DNA from: Cystobasidiomycetes sp. EMM_F5
Taxonomy: Eukaryota
Assembly: GCA_051047955.1 (NCBI GenBank)
Contig: JBPGPT010000001.1
Span: forward strand, 1,116,001-1,180,000
Length of the DNA stretch: 64,000 nt
Direction of reading: 5' to 3'
The first letter of the stretch is position 1, and the number at the start of each line of letters is the position of its first letter. Shown here piece by piece: positions 13,550-24,722 of the stretch. The notes below the pieces were generated by a model. That model ran no database searches. It was not told the origin of the DNA and worked only from the letters and a program-made list of their open reading frames with translations. The position numbers and the translations under genes are program-made.

Positions 13550-13881
13550 ATGTCGTACAAATTACCCCGTCTTCGAGTCCGCCCAAGGTCTGCCGACAAA
13601 TCAACACCGTGCGCACCAGAGCTCGCAGCACTACTCGCGTGTTGGGCGCAGTCGGGAGACAAGATGAGCACTGGGTCGTGCGCAGAGGCAGCGGCCAGTC
13701 TGCAGCAGTGTATGGCCACCGGAGGTCTCAAGGGTCGGGCTGGCAAAACTCGGAAACCCACAATCAATTACCGTAAGTCGAGCGAGTGCATCCTTTTACG
13801 ACTATTGTGGTAGCAGCAACGTGTCTGAGATGTTGACGTCCACTATGAGCAGACTTGGCGCGCTTGGGCAAAAATTTATGA
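13550..13881 (+). CDS. MRP10: Mitochondrial small-subunit ribosomal protein mS37/Mrp10 (twin CX9C-like)
   Basis: LPRLRVRP..PCAPELAALLACW..CAEAAASLQQCM. After the intron starting at 13773 it reads TINYHLARLGKNL*. Confidence 0.85.
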
Positions 13882-14043
13882 GGCTTCCCAAGTGGGACGG
13901 CAAGATATACAACAAGCCTAGACATGGAGATGGCGCCACGTGAACACTGCTATCATCTAGTTCAGCGGCATGCGATGGAACGACTAGGCCTATAGAGCAC
14001 CTCCGGGGCGGAGGGGTCACTCCCAGCAAGACGGGCGGGTCTA

Positions 14044-15094
14044 ATGACAGAACAGCAAGACCGCACTAGCCCTCCTACACCAAAGAGGACTACTTCATAC
14101 GACGATAAGCATAGTATGCGGATGTGTCTCGAACCAACCGTAGCTACTGTCTTCCACGATCACACCCGCCGAGATCTCCCCACAAGAATGAAACTTACGA
14201 GCACGAAAGAGAGGAATATCCGCCGTGTCGCATATTTCTTCTCATCATCAGATGCGCAACGACTTGGGCCAGCCATAGAGGAGGACATAGCTCAATCTGA
14301 TCATGCGGCACTCACGGAGCAAGCACGAGCCCGCATTATTGTAGGAAGGCAAGTCACACAGTACAATACATTTGCAGACATAGCGTGTATCATTAGGCCA
14401 AATCCCGTGTTCACACGCTCCCGTTCTCAACAGCAGGCCTTATCACGTACTCACAAAATGTCTGTACCACGTTGACGTCTTACAAAGTGTGCCCTCACAG
14501 CTAATACATCCCGAACATTGGAGGTACGAGAAGCCCGTGCGGTGCACAGGATCAGTCTGTTGTCGAGGCGTCACGCGCTAACTTCTCTTCGGCTTTTCAA
14601 CACGGCCTGTCAGTACTGTGAAGCATATGTGAAGCGGTCGGTAGACGTGAATTGCCTACCTGCCTTTTTCCCCGTAAATAATTCCGATACTCCCTTACAT
14701 CACTGGAAACATATCTATGGTGCATCTCGCCCACTCCAAATTTTCTCGTACCAGAACAGGTCAGGATGCGTCAGTCGCAGATCGGACGAGAATCGTACAG
14801 CACAGCACCTGCAATCCAGCAAGCACCCCGTGAAGACTTCGGCGAAACCCAATGGCAGATGTTCGTCTTCCGAATAAGGTCAAACTCTACGGATATCTTT
14901 CTTGTTCACCGCATTGCCTCAAACAGTCTAGCGCTGCTATCGTGCCATTAAGCTCCGAACACAATTACGTTGGAGAAGTGGTAGTGACTCGCAATCATAT
15001 TACAGAGTCTACGGAATTGAGGTTGCAGTTAGGTCTTCTTAAGCAGTCACGCTGTGACTGGTCACGGACAGACAAAACATATTACGGAGATTAG
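14044..15094 (+). CDS. Possible lineage-specific multi-exon gene (uncertain)
   Basis: Consecutive + strand ORFs (14044-14475, 14518-14877, 14852-15094) with GT-AG-like breaks and Cys pairs (CQYC, CSPHC). No family recognised and the splicing is not resolved. Confidence 0.3.
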
Positions 15095-15228
15095 GAAAAA
15101 ATCTATAGACTTTACCCAATGAAAGTAATATCCGAGTGCGCCGCCCAAGACCGTTAGTGTTAGTGCATGACATTCGGCCAGATATTCATTCAAATTGACT
15201 ACATGCTACATGAATGCAATATCATTGT

Positions 15229-15641
15229 TTAGATGTTGTTCTTAGCATTCTCCTGTATAACACAGACAACGCTGCTTAGCAACCGGTTCTCAAATCAGCA
15301 TGAGGCATATTCGAAAGTACCTTTTTGCCGGCAGCAGTAGTCTCGTCTGCCTTGTTGCCAAGAGCAGACACGCCTGCTGACGCACGCTCGCCTAAGCCCT
15401 TGCTGGAATCTTGGGCCGTTGACTAAAGGAGCGAAAGCACATCAATTAATACTAAGCGCAGACAGACGCCTGCGAATAGATAACGCACCTTGTCTCCCTC
15501 TTTCTTGGCGGCCGCGGTGTTCTCGCCGAAAGTCTCACTGACTGCAGTGGACGCGCTGTTGATGGCTGCAGTGGTAACCTTCGTAAGAAAAACCAAATGA
15601 ATCGCAAACGGACAGCACTCACTCTGCTTGACTGACTCCAT
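15229..15641 (-). CDS. Grg1/ccg-1-family glucose-repressible small stress protein, copy 1
   Basis: Four exons give MESVKQTINSASTAVSETFGENTAAAKKEGDKSTAQDSSKGLGERASAGVSALGNKADETTAAGKKENAKNNI*. Confidence 0.8.
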
Positions 15642-15727
15642 TGTAGACAATATGAGGTAGGCTTGGTAAGTGGTTGGGTTGATGCGGGTTGGTGACCGAG
15701 AAGGATACCCCTCGTGAAGAGAGCAGG

Positions 15728-15736
15728 TTTATATAA
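15728..15736 (-). promoter_or_regulatory. TATA box candidate of Grg1 copy 1
   Basis: TTATATAAA on the minus strand about 90 nt upstream of the ATG at 15641. Confidence 0.5.
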
Positions 15737-16220
15737 GAAGCATTTTCAGTGGCGTTCTGGCTTTACGATTCGTCACAGGATCTGCGGGACCCAAGGAATG
15801 CTAGAAGGCGGAAGAAGGAGGACGTGGCAGTTCTAGCACGGTGACGGCATTACCTGTGCGCGGGCCGTCTTATTAGGGTTGAGCGTGTCAGAGCTGAAAT
15901 TGCACTTGAATACTTCGCAGCTGACAGTCAGCTGGTGCGATGAAGTCAGGCACAATGGCCGGAACGCTTGCTTGAGAAGAAAATGTCAATAAAGAGCATA
16001 TGTAGGCATCGCTCTGTCAGATGTATAGCCGTCATCCATGGAGTGGAAGTCCGTAAAGCGCGAAACAAAGCCGAAGCATGAACGGGGGTGGAAGAGGGTG
16101 AGAAGGCAGTAAACGCAGGCAATTTTTGATTCATGATATGATTTCACTGTGCTGGTTGATGTGCTACAACGATGCTACCGTATGAAGGTATACTGGTCGC
16201 TCATGGCCTATGCAGTCAAT

Positions 16221-16619
16221 TTAAATGTTTTGCTTGTGGGCCTCCTGCAGAAAGGAAGAGGTCAGCGGAGAACGCATGACAGTATAAAACCAACTGACCT
16301 TCTTGGCATCAGAGCTGGTCTCATCCGCCTTGGCGGACAGAGCGTCACCGGCAGCGGAGAGTCTGGTGCCGACACCTGCGTTGGAGTCCTTGGCGACCGA
16401 CTCTGCAGAAGATGCAGTGGTCAGACAGTCGTGGAATGAGCGAATAGCAGGTTAGGCTCACTGTTTGCCTCCTTGTCGGCTGTGGCAGTCGCAGAGTTGA
16501 TGGACTCAGAGACGTACTGTGCGAGGGAATGACACGTCAGCATGAGATGCACTACGGAGATGAGGCTACGCTAGACTTACGTTGGCAGCGGAGGTGACGG
16601 ATTGCTTGATAGACTCCAT
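16221..16619 (-). CDS. Grg1/ccg-1-family glucose-repressible small stress protein, copy 2
   Basis: Four exons give MESIKQSVTSAANYVSESINSATATADKEANKSVAKDSNAGVGTRLSAAGDALSAKADETSSDAKKEAHKQNI*, a typical Grg1 signature (AANYVSE..KEANK.VAKDS..GTR.SAA.DA). Confidence 0.88.
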
Positions 16620-18103
16620 TGTGTGTGAGTGTTTGTTTGAGTATTGATTGGGTAGATTGCTTGTTGCTTTGAAGGTGTGTGTGTGACAGAAAGGCAAGCA
16701 GCGTTGCAGCCAGAGACCTGTCGTCAGGTAATTTGGTAGGCGGAGTTCGATCACACTCGGCCGTTTGATCGATGACGCAAGCGCGCGAGAAAGGCCTGGA
16801 ACTTTGCGGAGATGGATGACGTCAGCACAGCCTAGCCTGCGCGCCCTCAAGAGTAGTCGCGTTGTAGCCTGTCGCGTAACAGCTGCGGTATGGTCGCGCT
16901 CTCACGTCTCTGTCAGCTTCGGACTCTACTGAACAAGCTCCTTGTTCGAGGAGCGTCCATTTCGCTGAGTCGCGATGGACGGGGTTCCGGCCTCAGGTGT
17001 ACCGCACGGTACGGTATTGGATGTCATGAACCCATCAAGAATTTCCCCTCGTCCAGTCACTTCTTTTGCAGACCAGCACAATACTCCGTCACTACTGGGG
17101 GACTTATGTCGAATCTACGGCCACGTCACAATCAATTAATTAGAAACTTCTGTCTCTGAGTGATCTCCTCGCTAAAGCTGACTTTGCTCGCTGTAAGAGT
17201 ACTAATGAAGGGCACGGCTGTTTTGGCGTAATACGCTCGAACGAAGTTGCACGCTATCTTGACGGGATAAGGCGCTCTTAATATGAAGCGAAGGGCATTA
17301 CTCGTCTACTTCGAATGTGGGCCGCTCTCTCCTGAAAGTCGTGGTCTCGTCAAAATCGCCGATCAGCAGCCTTTTGCTCTCACGAATATTCCGCATCTGC
17401 CAGGGCTCATTCGGAGACATCACTTTGCATCGCAGCCCATGGAATCTAATCACCTAAAGAATGGCGGAAGATTTTGCGTATGTGGCAGAATTCTGTGGGC
17501 GCGACCTCAATCGGCGCAACAGCCAATTCCAGAGAGGATGCTGCGTGTCGGCAATGGGAGATGATGTTGGACCCCGGCTAGGTCCTGCTGGCACCACACA
17601 AAGAATCGCTGAATCACCTAGACGAGAAGCTGCTAGTGAGGAATCCATCTCATCGATGATTTCCGACGCTTTGAAAGTTCCGAGTTTCTGCACGACAAGT
17701 AGTCAAGGCGTACCACAATGGCTGGCTTAGAAATTGCTGAAGCAGAGCGAGTAGGCGAAAAGATTCGTATGGCGATATGTGCGAAAGGCAAACATTCCAG
17801 GATGTGTAGTGAATATGATTCTTGGATATGCCCTCATGATAGGCAAGCATACTGGTTGCAGGCGAAGCTGAAACACTGGAGCTGAAGTTGAAGCGACGTT
17901 AACGCGTCTAGAGTCGCCGTGTCAGAAAACGTGACCAATCTAGTCGGATAAATTCCGGGTTCCGACTTCCGAGGTTCCGTGAGATTTGGGATTGTCTTGA
18001 TTTGCTGTGTCCGACTGCACTCAGCTTGTACGAACATCTGAGCTTGACTCTGGTCTCAATCCGCCTAGCTACTACCACGTCTGACATCGACTCCAGCATC
18101 AAC

Positions 18104-19604
18104 ATGCAATATTTTGGCGAGAAGCGAGAGGGCAAGGCAGTCCGAGAGGCGAAAGAGCGTATGTGCTGCATATTAGATATTTCAATCAATCCACTAACCT
18201 GTAGGTCACAGGCGGTGTAGGCTCCTCATGACAAGCAAAGGCCGGGCCTATGCTGGCTGACCCAACAGGAACCCGCAGGCTCCGACCGTTGATGTGAAAG
18301 ACCTCCCCAACCTTAGTGATAGTAAGGTTTTAGTCGTGACTGCTGTCATCTCGGTCCCTAAATGCTTTCAACCTATGCCAGTGTCCGCCGACAACATCAC
18401 CGACAACGTGTTGGCTATCAACAGCATGTGCAAGAACCCTCGACAGAAATTTGTTCTCGAAGCGCTGGTTCGGCATTTGCATGACTTCACCAGAGAAGTC
18501 AGCTTGACAAGTGAAGAGTGGATGTAAGCGGTTCGCACAGCGACTTTGGCGGGACAAAATGCGGAGAGACTGATACAGCGGCATTACAGGATGGCTATTC
18601 AATTCTTGACCAAGACGGGCCAGACATGCACAGATTTGAGACAGGAATTCATTCTGCTCAGCGACATCTTCGGTTGGAGTGCACTCGTCGACACAATGAA
18701 TCACCCGAAACCGAAGAATTCCGATGCTACGGAAGCTACTGTTCTTGGACCATTCTTTGTGGAGGATTCGAAAGACGTCAGTGAGATTGTGACATGCATA
18801 CTATGTGACATCTGATGTTGAAACATGCGGCACATAGATTGAAGCCGGAGGTTCCATCGCGTCCGAGGGCAAAGGAGAGTACATGTATATGAGCGGTCGA
18901 GTCACAAATCTAGACGGCGAACCTGTCGCTGGATGCACCATTGAGACATGGGAGACAGATTTTGAAGGGCTGTACGACACAGTGGGTTATCATGCTGTAG
19001 CCACATACGATCTGCGCTAAACCCAATCGCATACAGCAATACTCGGATCGAGCAGAACCTGACTGTAGAGGACGATTGACCACAGACAAAGATGGCTACT
19101 ACTCCTTCAGAGGTGTTCGTCCTGTAGCTTACCCGATTCCTAACGATGTGAGCAGATCCAAGTACTGCTGTGCTGCTTTGGCTGATTACGGATCGTGTAG
19201 GGTCCGGTTGGAAAACTCTTGAGAACTCTGAACAGACACGTCTTCCGTCCTGCTCACCTGCACATGATGCTCGATGCTCCCGGCTACGAAAACCTTATCA
19301 CGGCATTGTATCCGGAAGGCGATGAGTATATAATGAGTGACGCAGTGTTCGGTAGGTCAATCTTTGCCTTACTGCACATTCGTCCGGGAAGCTGACATCC
19401 TGCAACGTGTTACCAGGCGTCAAATCGTCCCTCATCTGCAAGCTGGATGCGGTTTATGATAATGAGAAGGCCAAAAAGCTCGGCTTCCGCAGCGGACCAT
19501 ACTGGAACTTGGAATGGAACTTTGTCCTGCAGACTAAAGAGCAGGCCGAGGTGGAAAAGCGAAACTCTTTGCCAAATTTTTACAAGTTTGCAGACGCAAA
19601 GTGA
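18104..19604 (+). CDS. Intradiol ring-cleavage dioxygenase (hydroxyquinol/catechol 1,2-dioxygenase type)
   Basis: LVRHLHDF, QEFILLSDIFG, ATEATVLGPF, Fe ligands in GLYDTQY, YPIPNDGPVG and RPAHLH, and SDAVFGVKSSL. The 5' exon structure is uncertain. Confidence 0.92.
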
Positions 19605-19806
19605 TAGCGCATCGTCTCGGTAGCGCCGGAGGCTTGCGGATCAGTAGGGATCTTTGATAATTCTCGTATGAAGCATTTTGCGGCTATACAGCAACGCACG
19701 TTGTCACTTCGTGTAGAAAAAGCTGCAGCCATTGTTTGAGACCGGTTGTGCGGTTTGACGCAGTTCAACACGGCCCAGTGCCTGCTGACAGCCATTCCCA
19801 TGCTAC

Positions 19807-21548
19807 ATGGCGAGTCCGACGGCAGCACCAAGTGGAGAATATGCGGCTACTCTGTACGGCTCTTCGTACTGGGCCAACCTGACCGTCACGGCGACTTCGA
19901 CAGCAGCTTCGATAGTCGACAATGCGACCAATCCGCCAAACCCGCTGCTTGAGTTTCAGCCAGGCTTCAGTCGCTCTCTCATCATTCAGCTCATCGTTCT
20001 CGCTGGCGTGGCTACCCTGACCTTCGTTCTGCTTCTGCACTTGGCCTTTACGACTAGATACCACTACCCGCTTGCCAAAACAAACTACTTTCTACTAACG
20101 TCTGGCTGCTTCCTTTCCTTCTGTGCGGTCATCTGGCAAATCTCGGAGATTGCCGTCGATGCATGGAATCGAGCGAGAGAATGGCCATTCATGTTTGATT
20201 ACCTCGAATTCGTCTTTCCCGGTGACAGCTGGTCAGCCTCGAAGAGTGCGATATGGCTCACATTCAATGCAGTCGTGGTATTTCTGTGCCATGTGAGTTC
20301 CCGCATTCTACCTCGTCATTGTAGACTTCTTCTAATGGCAGCTACATTCGGCTTCAGGCTGCCCATATCCACGTTCTCACTCTACTGTACCCATCGAAAT
20401 TGGAAGCTCGGTTCTTACTATCTTTACTACTGCCGCTTGCGCTGATTGGGGTTGCGCTCTCGTATTCTCCGCTGATTGACGACCAGCGTCAACAAGATAT
20501 ATTCGACTCTGGCTCTGCCGTGTGCAACAGCACCTTGACCCTTCTATATACATGCGCGTTGTTGTTCTGGGGCCTATATATCGCTCGACCGCGCGCATGG
20601 GGCAAAACAGACGAGTCAGGCTCGACAGCTGTTTTTGGAGGTTGTGCAATCGGAATGGCCATGGTTGGAACAGCGCTCTCATTTCTCGGTGTACGGGCAG
20701 GCGTAGAGCAAGCAGGAGGTAGTCAAGGATGGCTGGCGCGCATGACATGGCTGGTTTTGCTCTGGCAGACATGGTTTACAGTCTGGTGGTGGATCGGAGC
20801 TGGAATGTACAGTGCGGAACGACCGCTTGACGATGAAGACGAGATGGGCGCGTCAGCTAAGAAGACGACTGTGGAGCGATTTGAAGGTTCTGTACGAAGA
20901 TTCGTTGACGGCTCGCTGAGCACTATTAGGCGTAGGCGCAGACCAGCTGGCGAATCAGCCCCAGACGAGATTGAAATGGCTTCAATCGACGGTGCTGCTC
21001 GAACGGAGCATCACATGGCGGCCGAATTCTCCTCAAATTCCTCCTCGTCTGCGACGAATACTCCACCGACCTTCTTGGCGAGCTTGCTGCAGCGTATCAG
21101 GCGGGCTCATGTACATGCTGCCAAGCAAGCACAACGCGACATACTGCAGAGTGCACAAGGCAACCCCAACATGAACGATGCTATACAAGGACGTCGGGGT
21201 AAAGGCTGGTCAGTGTCAGGTATCGTAAAGAGCAGGCAAGATCGTGTAATTGGGACAGTTTCTGCCGGCGCTCCGGCGGTCGGAAGAAGGGAGTTCGATA
21301 CCACCAGGGATGACAGAAGGGTCGGTGCAGTCAGGCTTGATCAGCCAATCGACCAGAGCGGGGAATGGGAAGATTTGGAAGAGGAAAGACAAAATTATGC
21401 ATCATCACGCGACACCGGACAGGATGTGCACTTCGCTGAAGCCGAGAATACGCAAGCACGGCGTACCGCTGGTATAGAAGGACTGTCACCATCGACTGGC
21501 AAGCGTTGGCAGAGCTGGAGACGGAAAGATATTACACGGTACGATTAA
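19807..21548 (+). CDS. Multi-pass (about 7 TM) membrane protein, PalH/Rim21/Rra1-like pH-sensor candidate
   Basis: Two exons. Ser/Thr-rich N-terminus, about 7 hydrophobic helices (..LLHLAFTTRYHYPL..WLVLLWQTWFTVWWW), then a long cytoplasmic tail with DDEDE followed by RRRRR. Confidence 0.55.
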
Positions 21549-21742
21549 GGGGTATTGTAAATCGGCATTCGGACGCTTCGACAGTCTTTCTTACCTATGT
21601 AGCCCTAGTTCGAGATAACGCAACCGTGTATCGATTCTTGACAACGTACTATAGCAAAGTCGATGTTCCAATGAACCAACGATATCCTGTTACCTCTCGA
21701 GCAACATGCTTTGCCAAACAGTAACCGGAAACTTACAATGAC

Positions 21743-24578
21743 ATGGCTCCTCCCCGTCGCTCGGGTAGACATGCATCAGTCGGTACACCGACGTCGGCTG
21801 CGGCCTCACCGGCCACTGGTCTGATGGGCTCCCACGATGCTGCCCTTGGATTTGGCCTGAAGGACGGCGATGGCGACCTACTGGGTCTACCGTCCGGGCT
21901 GGAGGACATCGGGACGGGTCTCCATGACTTGACGGGCGATGACCTGCTGCCTGGATCTGGCTCACAGCAATTTGGGAGTCTGTCTGCAATGCTGGATTTA
22001 GATGATCTCGATATGCACGCGTTTGGACAAAACGACTGCAATGAAGAAGCCCTGCAGAGTGTGACCATGCAAGCACAGCCGTCGACTATCGCCGAGGATT
22101 CCACCGAAAGCGAACGCGGTGACGACTTGGAGCAGATGTATGATATAGCCGAAAACACGAACGGACTGGAGGATGAAGACGGAGAAGGGCAAGAAGACGC
22201 AGACGATGCAGACGGTGATGAAGAGGAAGATAATGATGATGACGAGGAAGAAACATCTGATCTCCACGATACAGCAAATTCTCAGGACGGCTTGCTCCAT
22301 GATACGACATCTGCTTCCTCGACGCTGAAGCGCAGACGAGAAGCACACAGCGCTGACTCCAGCTCTAAATTCAATGCAAAGCGTCGACGCCGTTCAGTGT
22401 TGCCCGATGACAGCCAGCTCCTGACAGACGCCGAAACGCGAAACGATACGGACGCGGATTCTGGGAGTCTTCACCGCAGCCGCAGTCGAAGTAGTTCGAC
22501 ACTAAGCAGCGCTCCCAGTGAAAGTGCTAGTCAAAGTCTCGCCCTTAACACAGAATCCGTTCCGTTCGATCACACAGAAGTCGATATAAATCCTGGCGAA
22601 GAACATCGTGCGCCTGCCGCCCAAACCGAGAAAGAGAAGAGAGACGCGGAAGAACTATCTCGCCTCCGTCGTGGCAGTCCCGATAGTCAATTCTCAGCGT
22701 CTGCATCAGAAGAAGACGAGGACGACGTGCCTCTACAAGCTCTGATTGCATCCAAAACCGTACCCACTTCTAGTACTGATGGAGAAGCTCAGACCGCATT
22801 GAAAGGCGTACCACCGGCTTCAAAATCGGGAGACACGAAGCGGCCGACCAAAGGCCAGAAAGGGCAAGGTCATTTGAGGAAACCCAGCACGACTGGTCAT
22901 GCTCTAGCTACTAGTCGCAAAGTTGCCGGCAGCGAAACCTTACCCGCAGACAAAAGCAACGGAGCAGAACAGCCAGCCGCGAAGACTTTGGGCTCCTCAC
23001 GAACTGTGCCCGAACATCAACCGGGTACGCCACATGCTGATTTACATAACGATACAGCCCGTCTTGGGCCGAACGGAGAACCTGATGGTCTGCTCGATGC
23101 GGAGGAGTTGAAGAAGGCTATCAGTGAGCGAGTGAAGCTCGAAGAATTCGCTACGGAATCTATCACTACCAAGCCGCTCGACTCGACTAAGACAATGGAA
23201 TCACTCATTCGAGGCCAAGCTGTTGACGACGAGGAGATTGCGCATGATGTGAGAGGCATCCTATGGATTCCGATAGGCGGCTAATTTCCGCCACATTCGT
23301 TTAGTTGAAGCCTCGCGAACGTCCAGCACAGTTGGAAGAGCGGCTGGGCATCATACGTTTCGTGCCTGTCACTGCAAGTAGTCCATCAATCACGACATCT
23401 ATCCTCCTTACTGGACTCAAAAATATCTTTCAACGCCAATTGCCGAAGATGCCACGAGAGTATATCACTCGACTAGTGTTTGACCGCAATCATTGGAGTA
23501 TGGCGATCGTGAAGCGGCACTACCAAGTTGTGGGCGGCATTACATACCGTCCTTTTGACACAAGAGGATTTGGCGAAATTGTATTCTGCGCAATCACGGG
23601 TACCGAACAAGTCAGAGTGAGTATGGGGTACAGCAATTGGTACCTGCGTAGTGATTTGCTGATGTCACTGTCGCAGGGCTACGGATCGCATCTCATGAAT
23701 CATTTGAAAGACTGGGTCAAGTCTGCTCACCCAAATGTCAAACATTTCCTTACTTATGCAGACAATTATGCCTTTGGTTACTTCAAAAAACAGGTCAGCA
23801 TATGCCGTACCTGCGGAAAGTTATAGACTTACCATGTTGAATCGCAAGGGCTTTACTAAAGACCTCACTCTTCCGCGGTCGATTTGGGCTGGCTATATCA
23901 AAGACTACGAAGGCGCCACAATTATGCAATGTACCATGCTTCCGCGTATATCGTATCTTCAAGCTTCACACATGCTACTGCGGCAAAAGCAGCTAATCCT
24001 AAACAAGATTCGCGAGAAGAGCCATTCCCATGTTGTTCATTCCGGAGCGAACCTTTTCCGTGGTCGCGACAAAGTACACCCGTCCGACGTCGAAGCTCTT
24101 CGTGCGCATGTTTTTCTTATTGTGAATGATACGACGAAAGACTAAGTCCGTACACCGCGCAGGTGCCATCGGCTGGACACCCGATATGGACGCGTTGACG
24201 AGACGGCCTGAACGGGGTCCACAACATGCCATCATGCGTCGTCTGCTCACCGACCTTCAGAACCATCCAGCTAGCTGGGCGTTTGCGCGACCAGTCAATG
24301 CCGAGGAGGTGACGGACTACTACGAGGCGATCAAGAATCCAATGGACCTCGAAACTATGGAAAACAAACTCAATGCCAACCGATACTTTATACCTGCGCC
24401 TGAAGACGGTCATGTTTTAACGCCGAGAGAAGGATTGGGACTCTTTCTCAAGGACTGCCAGCTCATATTCGACAATTGTCGCAAATACAACTCTGACAGC
24501 AGTAATTATAGTAAGAACGCGGAGAAGCTCAGGGCTTTTTTGCGGGAAAGATTGAAGGCTTATACGGAGGATGAATAA
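21743..24578 (+). CDS. GCN5: Histone acetyltransferase Gcn5 (GNAT + bromodomain) with long acidic N-terminus
   Basis: [60 protein letters not shown] and [10 protein letters not shown]. Bromodomain [27 protein letters not shown]. Confidence 0.96.
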
Positions 24579-24722
24579 GCTGGAATATGCAGTGTGCTTG
24601 ATCCGTTGTTGTCTAGGGTAGTAGTGCATCGTGTCCAGCTTGGCTGGTAGGCAAAAATCATGTCTTTATTCTGCTTCGGCTCTTCGTCACCGTACAGCTT
24701 GGGCCGGACCCTACCCGAAGAC

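Noticed and set aside
16700..18100. Short ORFs between Grg1 copy 2 and the dioxygenase
   Set aside because: I found no consistent splice model or recognisable motif, so I treated it as divergent promoter/intergenic DNA.
18104..19604. Dioxygenase as part of an aromatic-catabolism cluster
   Set aside because: The neighbours (Grg1 pair, 7TM protein, GCN5) are unrelated, and no reductase, hydroxylase or cycloisomerase is adjacent.
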